Of a DNA stretch of 63,859 nt, positions 51,750-62,008 are shown one piece after another. This stretch comes from Isosphaeraceae bacterium. Its GTDB lineage: Bacteria > Planctomycetota > Planctomycetia > Isosphaerales > Isosphaeraceae. Position 1 is the stretch's first letter, and every line of letters begins with the position of its first letter. The notes below the pieces were generated by a model, which was not told the origin of the DNA, made no database searches, and was given only the letters and a program-made list of their open reading frames with translations. The translations under genes and the position numbers were made by a program. Where the stretch lies: assembly GCA_965201075.1 (NCBI GenBank), contig CBDAVP010000006.1, positions 1 to 63,859 on the forward strand, read 5' to 3'.

Positions 51750-52786
51750 TGATGCCGATGGGAGCGACTCCGGAGGGGCTCGTCGCGCTGGCCATGTTGC
51801 TGGCGTTGACGGCGTATGTCCTGCTGGGCGGGGCCGATTTCGGGGCGGGGGTCTGGGACCTGCTGGCCCGGGGTCCTCGCGCTGCCGCCCAGCGGGAGAC
51901 GATCGCCCATGCGATCGGGCCCGTCTGGGAGGCGAATCACGTCTGGCTGATCCTGGTGGTCGTGCTGCTGTTCACCGCGTTCCCGTTGGCGTTCGGCCGG
52001 ATCATGACCGACCTCCACGTGCCGGTCTCGTTGATGCTGGTGGGGATCGTTCTGCGGGGCTCGGCCTTCACCTTCCGTAGTTACGACAACTCCGAGGTGG
52101 GCCGTCGTCGCTGGAACCGCGCGTTCTCGGTCCCGAGCGTGGCGACGCCGGTGCTGCTGGGGGCGATTCTGGGGGCGATCGCCTCGGGCGGGCTGCCCCG
52201 GCGGCTCGAGCGGACCTCGCAACTGTTCGAGACGTGGCTGGCCCCGTTCCCGATCGGCGTTGGCCTCTTCACGCTGGCGTTGTTCGCCTTCCTGGCCGCC
52301 ACCTACCTGACGCTGGAGGCTGATGACCTCCTCCTTCGCGAGGACTTCCGCCGACGGGCGCTGGGGGCCGGGGTGTTGGTGGGGGTGCTGGCTTATGGGG
52401 TGTTCCTGCTGGCCCGCCGCGACGCCCCTCGGGTCTTCCACGGACTGGATGGCTCGGCCTGGGGATTGCCTTTGCGGTTGGCGACGGGGACCTGCGCGTT
52501 GCTGGCGTTGGGAGGACTGTGGACCCGGCATTACCACGTGGCCCGGGGCTCGGCGATCGTTCAGGTCGTGCTGATCCTCTGGGGCCTGGTGCTGGGGCAG
52601 CGGCCGTATCTGGTCCCGCCCGACCTGACCATCGCCAACTCGGCCGCTCCGGCCTCGACGCTGCGGTTCCTCGTGGTCGCGCTGGCGGCCGGGTCGCTGG
52701 TCCTTTTCCCGTCGATCGCCGTGATGCTCCGCGTGTTCAAGGCCCACACGCTGCCGAGGCGGAGGGCCCGGAGCGGTAGCCGATAG
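51749..52786 (+). CDS. cydB: Cytochrome bd ubiquinol oxidase subunit II
   Basis: GGADFGAG, IGPVWEANHVWLI and LRGSAFTFR; coupled to cydA. Confidence 0.95.
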   Translation: MMPMGATPEGLVALAMLLALTAYVLLGGADFGAGVWDLLARGPRAAAQRETIAHAIGPVWEANHVWLILVVVLLFTAFPLAFGRIMTDLHVPVSLMLVGIVLRGSAFTFRSYDNSEVGRRRWNRAFSVPSVATPVLLGAILGAIASGGLPRRLERTSQLFETWLAPFPIGVGLFTLALFAFLAATYLTLEADDLLLREDFRRRALGAGVLVGVLAYGVFLLARRDAPRVFHGLDGSAWGLPLRLATGTCALLALGGLWTRHYHVARGSAIVQVVLILWGLVLGQRPYLVPPDLTIANSAAPASTLRFLVVALAAGSLVLFPSIAVMLRVFKAHTLPRRRARSGSR

Positions 52787-52805
52787 GTTCCGTGGGGGGC
52801 CCGAT

Positions 52806-54398
52806 TCAGGGCTCGTTGATGAGGCGTTCCAGGATCTGGTAGTCGACGGGCTTGACCAGGTGGTGGTCGATGCCGGCGTCGAGGCCGCGACGGCGGTCGT
52901 CGTCGCGACCGTAGCCGGTGACGGCGATGAGCCGGAGCGTCGGAACGGCGTCGGGTAGGCCGCGGAGACGGCGGGCGACCTCGTAGCCGTCCATTCCCGG
53001 CAGGCCGATGTCCAGGAGCACGACGTCGGGGCGGAACTTGGGGGCCAGGGCCAGCGCGACCTCGCCGTTGTGGGCGACGCGGGCCTCGTGGCCGGAAAGG
53101 TCCACCAGCATGGCCAGGCTCTCGGCGGCCGGGGCGTTGTCGTCGAGGATGAGGATTCGTCGCCGGACAACGTCAACAGCCCCAGCCCCGCCGTCGGCCC
53201 CAGCCACGCCGTCGGCCCCAGCCAGGCCAACGGCCACGGAACTCGGGGAAGTCTCCTCAAACGCCGTGGGGAGGCGGACGACGAACTCGCTGCCCCGGCC
53301 CAGCCCAGGGCTGGAGGCCGAGACGGTTCCGCCGTGCAGCTCCACCAGAAGGCGGACCAGGGTCAGGCCGATCCCCAGGCCCCCCTGGCTTCGGTCGAGG
53401 GATCGGTCGGCCTGGGCGAAGAGGTCGAAGACCCTTGAAAGCATTTCCGGGGCGATGCCGACGCCGGTGTCGCTCACCCGCACGATCGCCTCGCCCGGGG
53501 CGGCCTCGACGGACACGCGGACCTCGCCACCAGGGTCGGTGTACTTCAGGGCGTTGGTCAGGAGGTTGATCAGCACCTGTTCGAACCGCGTCGGGTCGGC
53601 GGTCAGGGTGATCGGCTGGGCCGCCGGCGTGACGGTCAGCGTGGGGCCGAGGTGGTCGGCCGGGGGACGGACCGTCTCGACGGCGCGATTCACGGCCTCG
53701 TCCAGATCGACCCCCTCGCGACGCAAGGTGATGCGTCCGCGAGAGATCCGCGAAACATCCAGCAGGTCGTCGAGCAGGCGGCCCATGTGGCCGATCTGGC
53801 GGTCGATCACCTCGCCCATCTGGCGCTGGATTTCCGGGTCGGGGTTCAGACGCAAGACCTTTGAGGCGTTGCGGATCGGCGCCAGGGGGTTGCGCAGCTC
53901 GTGGGCCAGCATCGCCAGGAACTCGTCCTTGCGGCGGTCCGACTCACGGGCCTCCCGGTAGAGGCGGTCGAGTTCGGCGTGCTGGGTGGCCATCTCTCGC
54001 TGGTTGTCGACCTTCTCGATGGCGTCGGCCACTGTCTGCCGGAGGGTGCCCGGGGTGTAGTGCCCCTTGACCAGGTAGTCCTGGGCCCCGCGCTTCAGCG
54101 AGCCCACGGCGGTCACTTCGTTGCCGCGGCCGGTAATCATGACCACCGCGATCGTCCCGCGACCGGCGAACTCGGCCAACGCGTCGAGGAAGTCCAGGCC
54201 GTCGACCCCGGGCATGTCGAAGTCCAGCACCAGACAGGCCGGCGGCTCGGCTCGGCAGGCGTCCAGGCCCGAGGGCCCGTCGCCGGCCTCAATGAAGCGA
54301 TAGTCGGCCCCGGCGTCCTGGGACAGGTGGCGGCGGACCGCGGCGCGGTCCTCGGGACTATCGTCGACGATCAGGATCAGCCGATCGGCCGCCATCAA
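52806..54398 (-). CDS. Hybrid sensor kinase (REC-HisKA-HATPase-REC)
   Basis: IVDDS..D, LAHELRNPLAP, NLLTNALKY, DTGVGI, GLGIGL and C-terminal LLDIGLPGMDG. Confidence 0.95.
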   Translation of the reverse strand: MMAADRLILIVDDSPEDRAAVRRHLSQDAGADYRFIEAGDGPSGLDACRAEPPACLVLDFDMPGVDGLDFLDALAEFAGRGTIAVVMITGRGNEVTAVGSLKRGAQDYLVKGHYTPGTLRQTVADAIEKVDNQREMATQHAELDRLYREARESDRRKDEFLAMLAHELRNPLAPIRNASKVLRLNPDPEIQRQMGEVIDRQIGHMGRLLDDLLDVSRISRGRITLRREGVDLDEAVNRAVETVRPPADHLGPTLTVTPAAQPITLTADPTRFEQVLINLLTNALKYTDPGGEVRVSVEAAPGEAIVRVSDTGVGIAPEMLSRVFDLFAQADRSLDRSQGGLGIGLTLVRLLVELHGGTVSASSPGLGRGSEFVVRLPTAFEETSPSSVAVGLAGADGVAGADGGAGAVDVVRRRILILDDNAPAAESLAMLVDLSGHEARVAHNGEVALALAPKFRPDVVLLDIGLPGMDGYEVARRLRGLPDAVPTLRLIAVTGYGRDDDRRRGLDAGIDHHLVKPVDYQILERLINEP

Positions 54399-54399
54399 T

Positions 54400-54846
54400 T
54401 CAAACTCCCACGCCCGGCAAGGTCACGGTCGACAGCCAGTAATCCTTCAAGGCTCGGATCGCCGCGAGGAATTTGTCGAAATCGACCGGCTTGATGACGT
54501 AGCTGCTGGCGCCGCTCCGGTAGCAGGCGTCAATGTCTCGGGGGCTGGAGGAGGTCGTCAGGACCACCACCGGAGTCGTCCGGGTCGCGTCATCCCCCTT
54601 GATCTGCTCCAGCACCTCGCGGCCGTCGGTCCCCGGCAGGTTCAGGTCGAGCACGATCAAGGACGGCCGGGGGGCTCGCTCGGCCTCGGCGTAGATGCCT
54701 TTTCGCTGGAGGTACGCCAGCGCATCGTCTCCGTCGACGCAGCGGCGGACCGGCCAGGTCATCTCGGCCTTCCGAAAAGCCCTGCGCATCGCCTCGAAGT
54801 CCTCGTCGCTGTCCTCGACCACCAGAATCGATCCACCCGCGTCCAT
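54400..54846 (-). CDS. Single-domain response regulator (Rcp1-type phytochrome partner)
   Basis: ILVVEDSDED, LDLNLPGTDG, LTTSS, SYVIKP and C-terminal YWL..VTLP. Confidence 0.93.
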   Translation of the reverse strand: MDAGGSILVVEDSDEDFEAMRRAFRKAEMTWPVRRCVDGDDALAYLQRKGIYAEAERAPRPSLIVLDLNLPGTDGREVLEQIKGDDATRTTPVVVLTTSSSPRDIDACYRSGASSYVIKPVDFDKFLAAIRALKDYWLSTVTLPGVGV

Positions 54847-54860
54847 GCCTCCACTCCCCC

Positions 54861-57161
54861 TCAAGACCCCAGAGTGAAATAGAACGTCGAGCCCGCGCCG
54901 ACGTCGGACTCAATCCATATGCTGCCGCCGTGCCGCTCGACGATCTTCTTGGAGATGGTCAGCCCCGCGCCGGTGCCGCCGCCGAAGACCTCTCGGCCGT
55001 GCAGACGCTTGAACAGGCGGAAGATGGCGTGGCGGTGCTTCTCGGGGATGCCTATACCGTTGTCGCGGACGTACAGCACCGAAGTATTCGGGAGTGCCTC
55101 GGCGTCCGCGCCTGGTAGGACGACGGGGTCGGCATAGCCGATCTCGACCCGCATCTCGGGCTTGTTATTGTATTTGATGGCGTTGGCGATCAGGTTGGCG
55201 TAAATCTCGCCGACCTGCACGCGGTCGCAACGCACCGTTGGCAGGGGGCGGGGGACCTGGATCTTGGCGCCAGTCTCCTCCAAACGGGGGCGAAGCCCTT
55301 CCAGGACCTCGCCAACGAGCTCGTTGAGGTCGACCTCGCGAAAGGACAGGCCGACCCGGCCCAGTTGCGAGTAGCGCAGGAGCGACTCGATGAGGTCTTC
55401 CATCCGGCGGGTCAGCCGGACCATCGTCTGGAGTTTGAGCACGGCCTCGGCGTCGAGTTGCTCGCCGTAGTCCTCGACCAGGAACGTGGCGTAGTTGTGG
55501 ATGCCACGCAGGGGTTCCTTCAGGTCGTGAGAGGCGACGTAGGCGAAGGCGTCGAGGTCGGTGTTGCTGCGTTCAAGTTCCTGGTTCAGCCGGGTGAGTT
55601 CCTCGGCGCGGCGGACGACCACGGCGATGATGGCGTCTCGCAAACCCCGGGCGGCCTCGACCTCGCAGTCGAGCCAGGGGAGGCTGCGGCGGTGGACGAC
55701 CTCTTTCCACTTCTCGAAACTGGTGCGGGGGGACAGCCTCGCCCCGTCGCCGGAGACCGTGACGGCCTTGTTGGGGTCCCCCCCCCAGTCGACCGTGCGA
55801 ATGACCTCGGGACGGAACCACAGGACGTAATGCCCCTGGGCCTTGGACGTGGAGATCGAGATGAGGCCGCTGACCACGTCCTTGTAGGCTTCGGCCTGGG
55901 GGTAGAGCCGCGAGAGGCTGTCGGTGTGGAAAACCTCGCCGTCGGCGTGCACTTTCAGCCAGCGGACCAGGTTGAGGACCGTGTCGCGGTCGGGGGCGGC
56001 GCCCAGGGTGGTGCAATCGCCGTCGAAGACGATGGCCGCCCCCTGAGCGGCGGTCAGGGCCAGGAGGTTGGGTTCGTGGCCGGTCAGCCCCTCGACCAGA
56101 TCGGGCGCCTCGGCGATCCGTCTCATCAACTGCTCGCGGATGGTTCGCAGCCCCGCGCGATACTCGGCGTCCTGGTTCTCCTCCTTGACTCCAAGCTGGA
56201 CCGAGACCAGCGTGCCCAGGAACTCGCAGGCGGCGCGGACCCGATAGGGGACGAAGCCGGGCCGGCCGTAGTTCATGCACGAGATCAGGCCCCAGAGACG
56301 TCCGTCCCTCATCAGGGAGATCGACATCGAGGCCGTCGCGCCCATGTTCTTCAGGTACTGGATGTGGACCGGCGAGACGCTGCGTAGGGTGGCATAGCTG
56401 AGGTCCAGCGGTCGTCCGCCGTCAGTGCCGGGCCCGGCCAGGATTGGCGAGGGGCGGTAGCCAACATCGGCGATCAAGCGCAGAGGGTTCAGTTCGTAGA
56501 GGCGTCGGGCCTGCTCGGGGATGTCCGAGGCCGGGAAGTGCAAGCCCATCAGGGGGTCGAGGCCCGCCTTGACGTCCTCGGCGTAGACCTCGCCGTTCCA
56601 GTGAGTGTCGAAGCGGTAGGTCGTGACGCGGTCGAAGCCGGTCAGGACGCGGACCTCGTTCGCGGCGACCTTGCAGAACTCACGCAGGTCGGTGGCGGCC
56701 TGGAGGCGACCCATCGCCCGGCGGATCTCTCGGGTATGGTCCTCGGGCTTGCCATCCTCCTCGGGAGGGCCGGGCTCCAGTTCCAGGATCAGGGCGCCGT
56801 CGACGTTGCGGTGGGCGATGCCGTCGAAGGGGCGACGGCGACCGGCCACGCCCGCGGCGATGACCAGGGGGTTGGCCTCCTTCAGGTCTTCACCGGTCAG
56901 GGTCGCTCGCAGAGCTGGCCAACGGGCCGGGTCGATCAGCCCTTCCAGCCCCCGGCCCAGCAGGTCCGCCGGGGCGACTCCCAGGTGGTCCTCGGCGTTG
57001 TCGCTGACGCGGAGGATCTCCAGACCCGGGCCGCCCAACGCCAGCAGGACGCCGTGGGGCTGAATGTGGCCGGGGATGTGGATCGGCTCGCGGTCGCAGT
57101 TGGTCAGGTCCACCGTGGGAGTGACGACGGCGGCGGTCGTTTCGTCCCGGGGTCGCGACAT
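54861..57161 (-). CDS. bphP: Bacteriophytochrome histidine kinase (PAS-GAF-PHY-HisKA-HATPase)
   Basis: LTNCDREPIHIPGHIQPHG (N-terminal Cys), FPASDIPEQAR, LRSVSPVHIQYL, WGG, PRTSF and SHDLKEPLRG. Confidence 0.95.
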   Translation of the reverse strand: MSRPRDETTAAVVTPTVDLTNCDREPIHIPGHIQPHGVLLALGGPGLEILRVSDNAEDHLGVAPADLLGRGLEGLIDPARWPALRATLTGEDLKEANPLVIAAGVAGRRRPFDGIAHRNVDGALILELEPGPPEEDGKPEDHTREIRRAMGRLQAATDLREFCKVAANEVRVLTGFDRVTTYRFDTHWNGEVYAEDVKAGLDPLMGLHFPASDIPEQARRLYELNPLRLIADVGYRPSPILAGPGTDGGRPLDLSYATLRSVSPVHIQYLKNMGATASMSISLMRDGRLWGLISCMNYGRPGFVPYRVRAACEFLGTLVSVQLGVKEENQDAEYRAGLRTIREQLMRRIAEAPDLVEGLTGHEPNLLALTAAQGAAIVFDGDCTTLGAAPDRDTVLNLVRWLKVHADGEVFHTDSLSRLYPQAEAYKDVVSGLISISTSKAQGHYVLWFRPEVIRTVDWGGDPNKAVTVSGDGARLSPRTSFEKWKEVVHRRSLPWLDCEVEAARGLRDAIIAVVVRRAEELTRLNQELERSNTDLDAFAYVASHDLKEPLRGIHNYATFLVEDYGEQLDAEAVLKLQTMVRLTRRMEDLIESLLRYSQLGRVGLSFREVDLNELVGEVLEGLRPRLEETGAKIQVPRPLPTVRCDRVQVGEIYANLIANAIKYNNKPEMRVEIGYADPVVLPGADAEALPNTSVLYVRDNGIGIPEKHRHAIFRLFKRLHGREVFGGGTGAGLTISKKIVERHGGSIWIESDVGAGSTFYFTLGS

Positions 57162-57348
57162 TGTGGAGAATGTCCCTCGGCGGGGGTGGCCGACCGGGGC
57201 CGAGGTCCGGACCGTCCACGCCGGGGGAGCGTGGGTTGGCGGATTCGGACGCGGAGGCCGGGGCACGCAAGGCGAGGGCGGAAGCCATCAAGCTCGCTCA
57301 TCATTGGCCCCGGCCACCGGGACTGTCAAGCGAGGGAGCCTCACAGCC

Positions 57349-57849
57349 TCACATGAGGTGGGGCTTGCCCAGTTTGCGGCGGATGACCGAGAACTGACCG
57401 GCGTGCATCAGGGTGTGGTTGGCGGCCATCAGAAACGCCCCGCCCAGGTTCGGTACGTAGGCCGCCGGGGCTCCAATCGTCGGCTGGTCCAGGTCCTCGT
57501 CACTGAGTTTCGCCAGCGCCTCGAGGGTCACCCCGCGGACCTTGCCGAAGAGTTCGAGGTACCCGGCACTGGTCAAGAACCCTTCGGGGCCCTCCTGCGA
57601 GGCGCCTTCCTTGCCGTGCCGTTCGAGGAACCCCGGGGGCAGTTCGGGGTAGGGGGTTTCGGGCAGTTGCGACTGGATCAAATACAGGTCGCCGCCGATG
57701 ACGTTGCCAATCTGCCAGGCCGCGTGGTTGGCCCCCGGCACCGGACGGACCAGCAGGTCGGCGTCGGAGAAGTCGCTGACGAACCACTCCAGCAGGTGCG
57801 TGTTCGAATCCAGAGTGGCCTTGATCGCCTCGGTCGCCTTCATGCGCAT
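57349..57849 (-). CDS. DinB-family protein
   Basis: NHAAWQIGN...NHTLMHAGQF..IRRKLG helical-bundle pattern. Confidence 0.85.
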   Translation of the reverse strand: MRMKATEAIKATLDSNTHLLEWFVSDFSDADLLVRPVPGANHAAWQIGNVIGGDLYLIQSQLPETPYPELPPGFLERHGKEGASQEGPEGFLTSAGYLELFGKVRGVTLEALAKLSDEDLDQPTIGAPAAYVPNLGGAFLMAANHTLMHAGQFSVIRRKLGKPHLM

Positions 57850-58068
57850 TCCTCCCCCGCTCCCCAATCGGCCGCCGTCCCCCGGCGGCTCTCCGCCCCG
57901 GAGTGATACCCCGCGACCTTGCCGATTGCCAGACCCTGGCGGGGCGGTTGACTCGCCACGTCCTCGACTGGAGGCTGGCGATGGGTCCTCCGTTTTGCCA
58001 ATCTCGGGGCCGGCACCGGGTGGACCGGGCCGCCCCCATCCCCTCTTCCTCGCCTCCGAGATTCTCCC

Positions 58069-59574
58069 ATGACGATCCGCCCCGTGGCCGGCCTCGGCCT
58101 GCTCCTGATCCTGCCGCTGCTCCTGGTCCCGGCCCGCGCCGCCGATCCTCGCGCCGGCACCGCGCCCCCCGGGCCGATCCACTTCCGCCCCGAAAAAGGC
58201 GACTTTGGCGACCCGATCCCCTTCCACCACGGCGACGATTACCACGTCTTCTACCTGATCGGCGGTTACGGACGGGTCAACTGGGAGCACATCGTCTCCC
58301 GCAACCTCCGCGACTGGAAACAACTGCCCACCGCCCTGAAGCCCGACGGCGCTCCGGACAGTCCCGATGGCGAGGTGATGTTCACCGGCTGCGTCATGGA
58401 GCATGACGGCACCTATCACGCCTATTACACCGGTCACAACTCCCGCAACCCCAAGGGGCTAGAGTTCGTGATGCACGCCACCAGCCCCGACGCGATCACC
58501 TGGACCAAGATCCCCGGCGACATCTTCGGGCCCGACGGCGTCGTCTATAACAATGACAAGGACGCCGACTTCCGCGACCCGTTCGTCTTCCGGGATGACG
58601 CCGGCAATCGCTGGCTGATGGCCCTTTGCGCCCGGACCAAGGGCGGCAAGAAGCCCGTGACGGGGCTGTACAGTTCGACCGACCTGGTCCACTGGAAGGC
58701 CGAGCCCCCGCTGGCCGTCGACTACCCGGCCTCGGCCGAGTGCCCCGACGTGTTCCCGATCGGCGACCGCTGGTTCATCGTCACCTCCCCCAGCACCGAT
58801 GTCGTGGTCGCCCGCTCGTCGCCGACGCTCCAGGGGTCGTACTCGCCGGTGACGGCGGCCTCGGCCATCGACACGCCGATTTTGTACGCCGCCAAGCGCC
58901 AGTTCGACGGCAAGCGGCATGTCCTGACCGGCTGGTTGCGCGACCTGGAGGGGGGCAAGGATGGCGGCAAGCGGCTCTGGGGAGGGGTGCAGTCGCTGCC
59001 CCGGGAGATGTTCGCCGGGCCCGACGGCCAACTGCTTTCTCGGCCGGTGCCCGAGGTCCGCGAGCCGTTCCGCAAGGCGGTGCTGGACCTGGCCGCCAAG
59101 CCCGAACCCCGAGCCGTCGGCGAGGCCACGTGGCATTACCGGGACGGACACCTTGTCGCCCAGGCCGCCGGCAGCCCCGCCCTCGCCCGGTTCGACGCGC
59201 CAGCCAACTATCAACTGTCGATGAAGGTGAAGCTGACCCCCGAGGCCACCTTCGCCCTCGACCTGCGTCAGCAAGCGGCCGACGCCGAGCATTACCGACT
59301 GGAGTTGCGACCCTCGAAGCACGAGGTCACGATGTCCGGCCCGGGGTTCGACTACCCCCGCCCCGTGAACCTGGACGCCAGCCGGGAAATCGCCATTGAG
59401 GCGTTCGTGCAGGGCAGCGTCATCGAGTGCTTCGTCGACGGCTCCCACGCCTTCAGCACCCGGGCATACAACTTGCTCTCGGGGTCGCTGGGCCTGTCAG
59501 TGGCCAACGGCACCGCCGAGGTGACTGAACTGGTCGTCCGCGTTTCCGACTCCGAGGCGCCGGCCGGTCGTTGA
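58069..59574 (+). CDS. Secreted glycoside hydrolase family 32-like protein
   Basis: Signal peptide; catalytic motifs FGDP, FRDP and ECPD, plus FTG and a C-terminal beta-sandwich (SVIECFVDG). Confidence 0.88.
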   Translation: MTIRPVAGLGLLLILPLLLVPARAADPRAGTAPPGPIHFRPEKGDFGDPIPFHHGDDYHVFYLIGGYGRVNWEHIVSRNLRDWKQLPTALKPDGAPDSPDGEVMFTGCVMEHDGTYHAYYTGHNSRNPKGLEFVMHATSPDAITWTKIPGDIFGPDGVVYNNDKDADFRDPFVFRDDAGNRWLMALCARTKGGKKPVTGLYSSTDLVHWKAEPPLAVDYPASAECPDVFPIGDRWFIVTSPSTDVVVARSSPTLQGSYSPVTAASAIDTPILYAAKRQFDGKRHVLTGWLRDLEGGKDGGKRLWGGVQSLPREMFAGPDGQLLSRPVPEVREPFRKAVLDLAAKPEPRAVGEATWHYRDGHLVAQAAGSPALARFDAPANYQLSMKVKLTPEATFALDLRQQAADAEHYRLELRPSKHEVTMSGPGFDYPRPVNLDASREIAIEAFVQGSVIECFVDGSHAFSTRAYNLLSGSLGLSVANGTAEVTELVVRVSDSEAPAGR

Positions 59575-59616
59575 CCCCTCTCCTCGACGGACTGGGGGAG
59601 CCCCTTCTCCCCCGGT

Positions 59617-60051
59617 TCAATAAAACTCCAGAATGTGTTCGCCGTCGTGCTCGGGATTGCCGATGAGTCGCCAGTTCTTGGGGTCCACCACGAAGTCGAG
59701 CGCCTCCAGAGGAATTTGGCCGATCAAGACCGGACAATCGTCGGGCAACTCCGAAACATCGCTGAAGCACTCGCGTCCCTGGATGGTCAGCCGGACCGCG
59801 CCGAAGACCCGCAGCATCACCGGGCCGGCGGACGTGCGTGCCCTTCTCGTTCGCAGCGGTTCCAAACCTAAATCCTGAATCATACGTCCGGGGAGTCCGA
59901 GACCCGTCGCGCCGGTATCGGCAAGGGCGTCATCGACCACGATCGCCCGGACCTTCTCGACCTGGGATTGCCCCCGCCTGGCGACGTGAAGGTCTTCGAG
60001 ATTCTCGACTTTCGCCGTCACCAACACCTGGCCCATCAGTTCGGTCCCCAT
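59617..60051 (-). CDS. Clan AA (retropepsin-like) aspartic protease
   Basis: ALADTGAT and LIGQIPLEALDFVVDP motifs. Confidence 0.88.
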   Translation of the reverse strand: MGTELMGQVLVTAKVENLEDLHVARRGQSQVEKVRAIVVDDALADTGATGLGLPGRMIQDLGLEPLRTRRARTSAGPVMLRVFGAVRLTIQGRECFSDVSELPDDCPVLIGQIPLEALDFVVDPKNWRLIGNPEHDGEHILEFY

Positions 60052-60317
60052 AAAATTGGCCTCCGAGGCATTATGTCGGTCGAAAGCATTCCCAGATTTC
60101 CCCGTTCCATCTTAAGGACGGACGCTCAGGGCCGTCGAGGCCCCGGCGAGGCGAGGGCCGCTTGGCAAGGGGCGGCGGGGGCCCTTATAATCGCGGCCTT
60201 CGACGCTCAGGAGCCGCGCGGGGAAGATCCCGTCGCGGATCTTGGCAGCGGGTCGGAGTTCCCTCCCCGACCGAGACCCAAGAACGACCCCCATCCCGTT
60301 GAGGGAGAGGCGAACCG

Positions 60318-61456
60318 ATGGCCACCGACACCGCCACGATGACCCCGACGAAGTACATGGGCGCCACCGCCCTGTTCGGCCGAGGGCTGACGCCCGGCAA
60401 GCTCCGGGGGCTTCAGCGGATCAGCAACGCCGACGGCACGCTGACGATGCTGGCCCTGGACCAGAATAGCTCGATGATCGACATGGCCCAGAAAGCCCTC
60501 AAGGGCAAAGGGCAGGACCGCGAGCCGACCTATGAGGAGATCGTCGAGGCCAAGGTCGACATGGCCCGCGCGATGTCGCCGGCCGCCTCGGCGGTCCTGA
60601 TCGATTCGTACTATGGCGTCCTGCCCGCCGTGGCCACCGGCGCCATCGGGCCTCACAAAGGGTTACTCGTCCGCGTCGAGAAGTCGGGCAGCCCCAAGAA
60701 CAAGGTCGGCGGCCCGATGGGCGAGATCGAGGCCGGCTGGTCGGTGGAGAAGATCAAGCTCATCGGCGCCGACGCCGTCAAGCTGCTGGCCCCCTTCGAG
60801 CCGGGCGAACTCCTTTCGGCCGAGCACCAGTTCGCCCTGATCCAGCACGTCTATGAGGAGTGCAAGAAGAACGACATCCTGTTCCTGCTGGAGCCGGTCG
60901 CCTTCCCCTTCGGCAACGAAAAGAAGACCGACGCCGAATACGTCGCCCGCAAGGCCGAAACGGTCATCGAGAGCGCCCGGCAGCTCAGCGAGTATTGCGA
61001 CATCTACAAGGCCGAGTTCCCCGGCACCCTCGGCGTCGACTCCGAGGACCAGCTTCGCGACAACCTGCACGCGCTGTCCGAGGCGAGCGTCCGGCCCTGG
61101 GTCCTCTTGTCGGCCGGCGTCGACTACGACGACTATTACAAGCAGGTCCGCCTGGCGATGGAATGCGGCTGCTCGGGGGTGCTGGGCGGCCGGGCCTTCT
61201 GGAAGGAGTATTTCCTGAAGGATGGCGCCGCGGCCCGCACCGAGTTCGCCGCGACCGAGGGGCTGAAGCGCGGTGACCGAGGTGGGCAAACTGGTCGCCG
61301 CCCACGGCACCCCCTGGTTCGCCAAATACGGCCTGTCGCCCGAGGACCTCAACGACGGTCCGCGCCGCCGAGGGCTGGCACGCCCGCTACGCCCCCTGGG
61401 CCAAGGCCGCGGGTGGTGCGGGCGGCCACGTTGTCCGGGCTGGCGAAGTCTACTGA
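60318..61456 (+). CDS. Tagatose-1,6-bisphosphate aldolase (LacD-like class I aldolase), two frameshifts near 61272 and 61357
   Basis: MLALDQ, SVEKIK..GADAVKLL, FLLEP, DIYKAEFP, PWVLLSAGV and SGVLGGRAFW. The corrected C-terminus ends ...VRAGEVY* at 61456. Confidence 0.88.
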
Positions 61457-61545
61457 GAACGTGGCGTTCGGTCGGTCGTCCCGCTCCCGCCGACCCATCA
61501 GAGGGTCAGCGGGGAACGGGCAAGGCTCGGCCGTTGGGCACTGAG

Positions 61546-61923
61546 TCAGGGGAACGTCAGGGGAACGTCGGCCGAGCCGGTGGACACGTCGACCGGCTTA
61601 CGGTTGCGCATGCCGAGTTTGGCCGCCTTGGCCTCGGCTCCCTCGATCGTGACCGTGTTCTCGCCGATCAGCGTCGTCGCGGTGTAGGTGCCGTCGGGAG
61701 CGATCGTGGCCCGTCTCGGCGGCGCATCGGGCCGCTTGACGTTGGATGGGTCGAAGACGAGTTCGCCGCCGGTGGCCGGCTTGCCGTTAAGGGTCACGCT
61801 GCCCTTGAAGGTCGCCTCCGAGCTTGAGCCGGAAACGGGGACCGAGCCGTCCGGGGCGCAACCCCAGGCCAAAAGCGCCGTCGCGACCGCCGCCGCGAAG
61901 CGCCGTTGTCGTGAAACCGTCAT
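61546..61923 (-). CDS. Planctomycete lipoprotein (carboxypeptidase-regulatory-like fold), usual partner of DUF1559 genes
   Basis: Lipobox LAWGC; GSVTLNGKPATGG..FDP...ATIAPDGTY. Confidence 0.8.
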   Translation of the reverse strand: MTVSRQRRFAAAVATALLAWGCAPDGSVPVSGSSSEATFKGSVTLNGKPATGGELVFDPSNVKRPDAPPRRATIAPDGTYTATTLIGENTVTIEGAEAKAAKLGMRNRKPVDVSTGSADVPLTFP

Positions 61924-62008
61924 TGTTGGAGTCCTGAGTCGCTCGGGTTGAACAGGGGTCCGGTCGCCGTCGTGGGCGGGGGCGACCGTCCCCGTCGTCC
62001 TGCCTTGA

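Noticed and set aside
53178..53228. 18-bp tandem repeat inside the hybrid kinase gene
   Set aside because: It encodes a short AGADGV-type interdomain linker, which is ordinary slippage.
59617..60051. Retropepsin-like protease as evidence of a retroelement
   Set aside because: Stand-alone clan AA proteases are common in bacteria, and no reverse transcriptase or integrase is adjacent.
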